DNA of 18,727 nt from a bacterium (GTDB taxonomy: Bacteria > Zhuqueibacterota > Zhuqueibacteria > Oceanimicrobiales > Oceanimicrobiaceae): contig JBHHXN010000101.1 in NCBI GenBank assembly GCA_046757025.1, forward strand, positions 1 to 18,727. The letters are read 5' to 3'. Of this stretch, positions 15,638 to 18,727 are shown piece after piece. The notes under the pieces are model-generated. The model made no database searches and was not told where the DNA came from. It was given only the letters and a program-made list of their open reading frames with translations. The stretch's first letter is position 1. Each line of letters opens with the position of its first letter. The translations under genes were made by a program, and so were the position numbers.

Positions 15638-16041
15638 GAGTGGTTATAGATACACATGTCTTCATTTCGTCTTTTCTGGGAACGGGAAGCCCGCGAAAAA
15701 TAATCGACTTCTGGAAAGATGGAAAAAACACCATTTGCCTTTCAAGAGAAATCGTCGATGAATATATCGAAGTATTTGAACGACTGGGATTGAGTCGAAA
15801 AAAAGAAATTGCAGAAATCCTTCAGTTGTTTGCTCGAAATTATCATTCACTATTTACCGCCAAAACTCCGAAGTTAGAAATCGTGTATAGCGATCCCGAT
15901 GATAACAAATTCTTTGCATGCGCTGTCGCCTTAAAAGCTCAAACCGTTATTTCAGGCGATAAAACCGTTCTCAATGTCAACAATTATATGGGAATAAAAG
16001 TACTCAGCCCAATGCAATTCGTTGAAATGCTGGAAGCTTAA
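15634..16041 (+). CDS. PIN-domain toxin (VapC-like, PIN_3 type)
   Basis: 135 aa; RVVIDTHVFIS, EIVDEY, DPDDNKFFACA, ISGDK. Confidence 0.9.
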   Translation: MRVVIDTHVFISSFLGTGSPRKIIDFWKDGKNTICLSREIVDEYIEVFERLGLSRKKEIAEILQLFARNYHSLFTAKTPKLEIVYSDPDDNKFFACAVALKAQTVISGDKTVLNVNNYMGIKVLSPMQFVEMLEA

Positions 16042-16173
16042 TATGCTCTATTTTGTTTTTTAGCAATTTGCTGAAAGGGAGCTTATCAAACTGAGATAGG
16101 TTATTTAAAATAGTTATTCTTTTGCCGATATTTGATATTAAGTCTGGCGGTTTTCACAACAAACGGAGAGTTG

Positions 16174-16401
16174 ATGATGAAGAAAGTCACATTATTAATA
16201 CCTGATAATGTAATTTGCACGGGTGGAACTTCTCACTATTCCGAAACCAAACTGTTAGAAGTGACTTCGGACGCTTTCGTCAAAGCCCTGACCACCAATG
16301 ATTACCATATCAATTATTACTTTCCTCCGAACTCCGTGCAGGTCCTGTCCATCGAAAATGTCGAGGATGCATCGAAGTCAGAATGGGCTGATGTATTGTA
16401 G
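16174..16401 (+). CDS. Small hypothetical protein (about 75 aa)
   Basis: GGAG RBS at 16165-16168 before ATG 16174/16177; more GC-rich than its AT-rich flanks; no family recognised. Confidence 0.55.
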   Translation: MMKKVTLLIPDNVICTGGTSHYSETKLLEVTSDAFVKALTTNDYHINYYFPPNSVQVLSIENVEDASKSEWADVL

Positions 16402-16441
16402 TCAAAAAAAAATACCTCAATTATTTCCGAATTAAATCATT

Positions 16442-16592
16442 CTTGATTTGTACTGATTGATATTATATATTTATCGAAATCAAGGTGGGACAAATTATTA
16501 AATCTTAGATTACTTGCAATACTAAATTACTTGCACGAAAATTCTCCCAACAAATATTGTTAATCTCTTTTTTTTGATTAAATGCAAGTGAT
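16442..16592 (+). promoter_or_regulatory. Putative promoter and repeated operator-like boxes upstream of the PLD-helicase gene
   Basis: TTGATT (16443-16448), 17 bp, TATATT (16466-16471); inverted repeat CTTGATTT/AAATCAAG (16442-16449, 16477-16484); ATTACTTGCA at 16509-16518 and 16526-16535, inverted 9/10 copy at 16583-16592. Confidence 0.45.
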
Positions 16593-16621
16593 TTTTTGAT
16601 TTGAAATACTGAATGCAGTCA

Positions 16622-18727
16622 ATGCCAACCATATTTGACAACATCGATAATCAACTCGTCAAAGCTCTCAATCATACGTTGGAAGTTTCGCATCGGTCAG
16701 ACTTCTGCGTTGGTTACTTTAATCTTAGAGGATGGAAAGAAGTTGCTAACAATATCGACCGATGGAGCGGTGAGGACGAAAACCGGTGCCGACTGCTTGT
16801 TGGAATGCAAAAGCTTCCCCAGGAATTGATCCGGGACTTTTTCTCCCTCAGAGAAGAAAAGCCCATCGACATGCAGGAAGCGCACAAAATCAAGAAGGAG
16901 TTGGCACAACATTTTAAGGATCAGCTAACCGTTGGCATTCCAACTGAAGCAGATGAGATAGGGCTTCGCAAGTTATCACAACAAATCAAAGACAAGAAAG
17001 TCATCGTAAAACTGTTTCTTAGACACCCGCTTCATGCCAAGCTTTACTTACTTTTCCGTCACGACAAAATTAATCCCATCATCGGCTATTTAGGCAGCAG
17101 TAATTTAACGCTTTCCGGACTTTCCAAACAGGGTGAGTTAAACATCGACGTACTCGACGGGGACGCGACTGAAAAGCTCGGGAAATGGTTTGAAGACCGA
17201 TGGAACGACCGATGGTGCATCGATATCTCCGAAGAATTGGTTCATATCATCGACACCAGTTGGGCTGGCGATAGATTGCTGGAACCTTATCACATCTATT
17301 TGAAAATGGCCTACCACCTGTCACGAGAAGCCATCGCAGGAATCTCAGAGTTTAGAATCCCTAAAGTTTTCCAAAAAGAATTACTCGAATTTCAACAAAA
17401 AGCTGTGCTGGTTGCGGCGCATCATCTTAATAAACGAGACGGTGTCGTCATTGGTGATGTCGTTGGTTTGGGCAAAACCATTACCGCTTCGGCCTTAGCG
17501 AGAATTTTTGAAGACGATTTCTTTCTCGAAACGCTTATTATTTGCCCCAAGAATATCGTGAATATGTGGGAAGACTATGTCCACAAATACCGCCTACGGG
17601 CAAAGGTGCTTTCGTATTCCGTTGTGCAAAAGGAATTGCCGCAATTGCGACGATACCGTCTGGTCATCTTAGATGAAAGTCATAACTTGAGAAACCGCGA
17701 AGGGAAACGCTACCGAGCCGTTCAAGAATACATCCAATTGAATGACAGTAAGGTAATCATGCTTTCGGCGACACCCTATAACAAGACATTCCTTGACCTG
17801 TCCAATCAATTGCGGCTTTTTGTCTCTGAAGACAGGGATTTGGGAATCAGTCCCGAACGATACATCGAGTCCATTGGCGGGAAAGTGCAGTTTGTTGCAC
17901 AGCATCAAGTGCCCATGAGAAGCGTGGCCGCATTTGAAAGGAGCACTTTTATCGATGACTGCGCGAGTTGATGCGCCTTTATCTTGTCAGGCGAACGAGA
18001 AGTTTTATCAAACAAAACTACGCTTTAACTGATCCCGAAAATGGCCGGAAGTACCTTCTGTTTCCCGACGGTGAGCGCTCATATTTCCCTGACCGTATTC
18101 CCAAGAAAGTTGAGTACGATTTCGATCCTACTGACCCCCACGACCAATACGCAAAATTATACTCAGAGGAAGTAGTTGATGCGATCAACCGTCTCAACCT
18201 ACCTCGTTATGGATTGGGAAATTATATTGACGAGCAATCGACTATCAAACCCACACAGAAAGAAGAAGTCATTATCGCAAATCTTTCTCGTGCCGGAAAG
18301 CGTTTGAAAGGTTTCTGCCGAACCAATCTTTTCAAACGGCTTGAAAGCAGCGGACATTCTTTTCTTCTCTCCGTGAGCAGACAAATCCTGCGTAATTTTA
18401 TCTTCATTTATGCTATCGAAAATAATTTACAGTTACCGGTTGGTCCACAAGAAGCCAACATACTTGACGAGTTCTTAGATGACGAAGATCTCGATGAAAA
18501 TGAAAACAATGAAAAGATAAATCTGCTCCTTGATGAGAACGCCTACTATGAACAAGCGGAAAAGATTTACAAATCCTTTGAAGAAAAGTATGCCAACCGG
18601 TTCGATTGGATTCGCAGTGCCCTTTTTGTGAAACAATTAAAAGACGAACTCATTGCCGATAGTAAAGAATTGCTAGGGATTCTCGAATTAGGCAAAGACT
18701 GGTCAGCAAAGGAAGACCGGCAACTCA
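16622..18727 (+). pseudogene. PLD-nuclease plus SNF2-type helicase (restriction/defence-associated), frameshifted at about 17960, 3' end outside the window
   Basis: LHAKLYLL...GSSNLT (PLD), GDVVGLGKT (Walker A), LDESH, LSATP; first frame stops at 17971; second frame open from 17962 to the window end (RELMRLYLVRRTRSFIKQNY...RTNLFKRLESSGHSF); may be an intact gene with a sequencing error. Confidence 0.8.

Noticed and set aside
15302..16130. TA module as an integron cassette (GTTATTA at 15306)
   Set aside because: No attC-like structure downstream of the toxin gene

Overview
Bacterial window in which every credible gene is on the + strand. The left and central part is an acyl-CoA/aromatic catabolic cluster: an MCAD-like acyl-CoA dehydrogenase, a 4-hydroxybenzoyl-CoA reductase-like molybdo-flavo-FeS enzyme (hcrC-hcrA-[DUF1028/TPR]-hcrB, with the diagnostic [4Fe-4S] insert in the FAD subunit), an MDR oxidoreductase and a 3-hydroxyacyl-CoA dehydrogenase. 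This cluster is interrupted by a solitary integron gene cassette (1811-2778) carrying an AT-rich HNH nuclease and a well-formed attC site, with no integrase in the window, followed by DUF1801/YdeI/VOC genes. The right part holds a polytopic membrane PP2C (SpoIIE/RsbU) phosphatase whose membrane region resembles a catalytically dead CPBP/CAAX protease, a FOXRED1-like FAD oxidoreductase, an RHH-PIN toxin-antitoxin pair with promoter and operator, a small orphan ORF, and a PLD-SNF2 nuclease-helicase split by a 1-nt frameshift that runs off the window. REP-like palindromic repeats occur at 150-473 and about 11370-11420. All family calls come from recalled motifs; no database searches were run.
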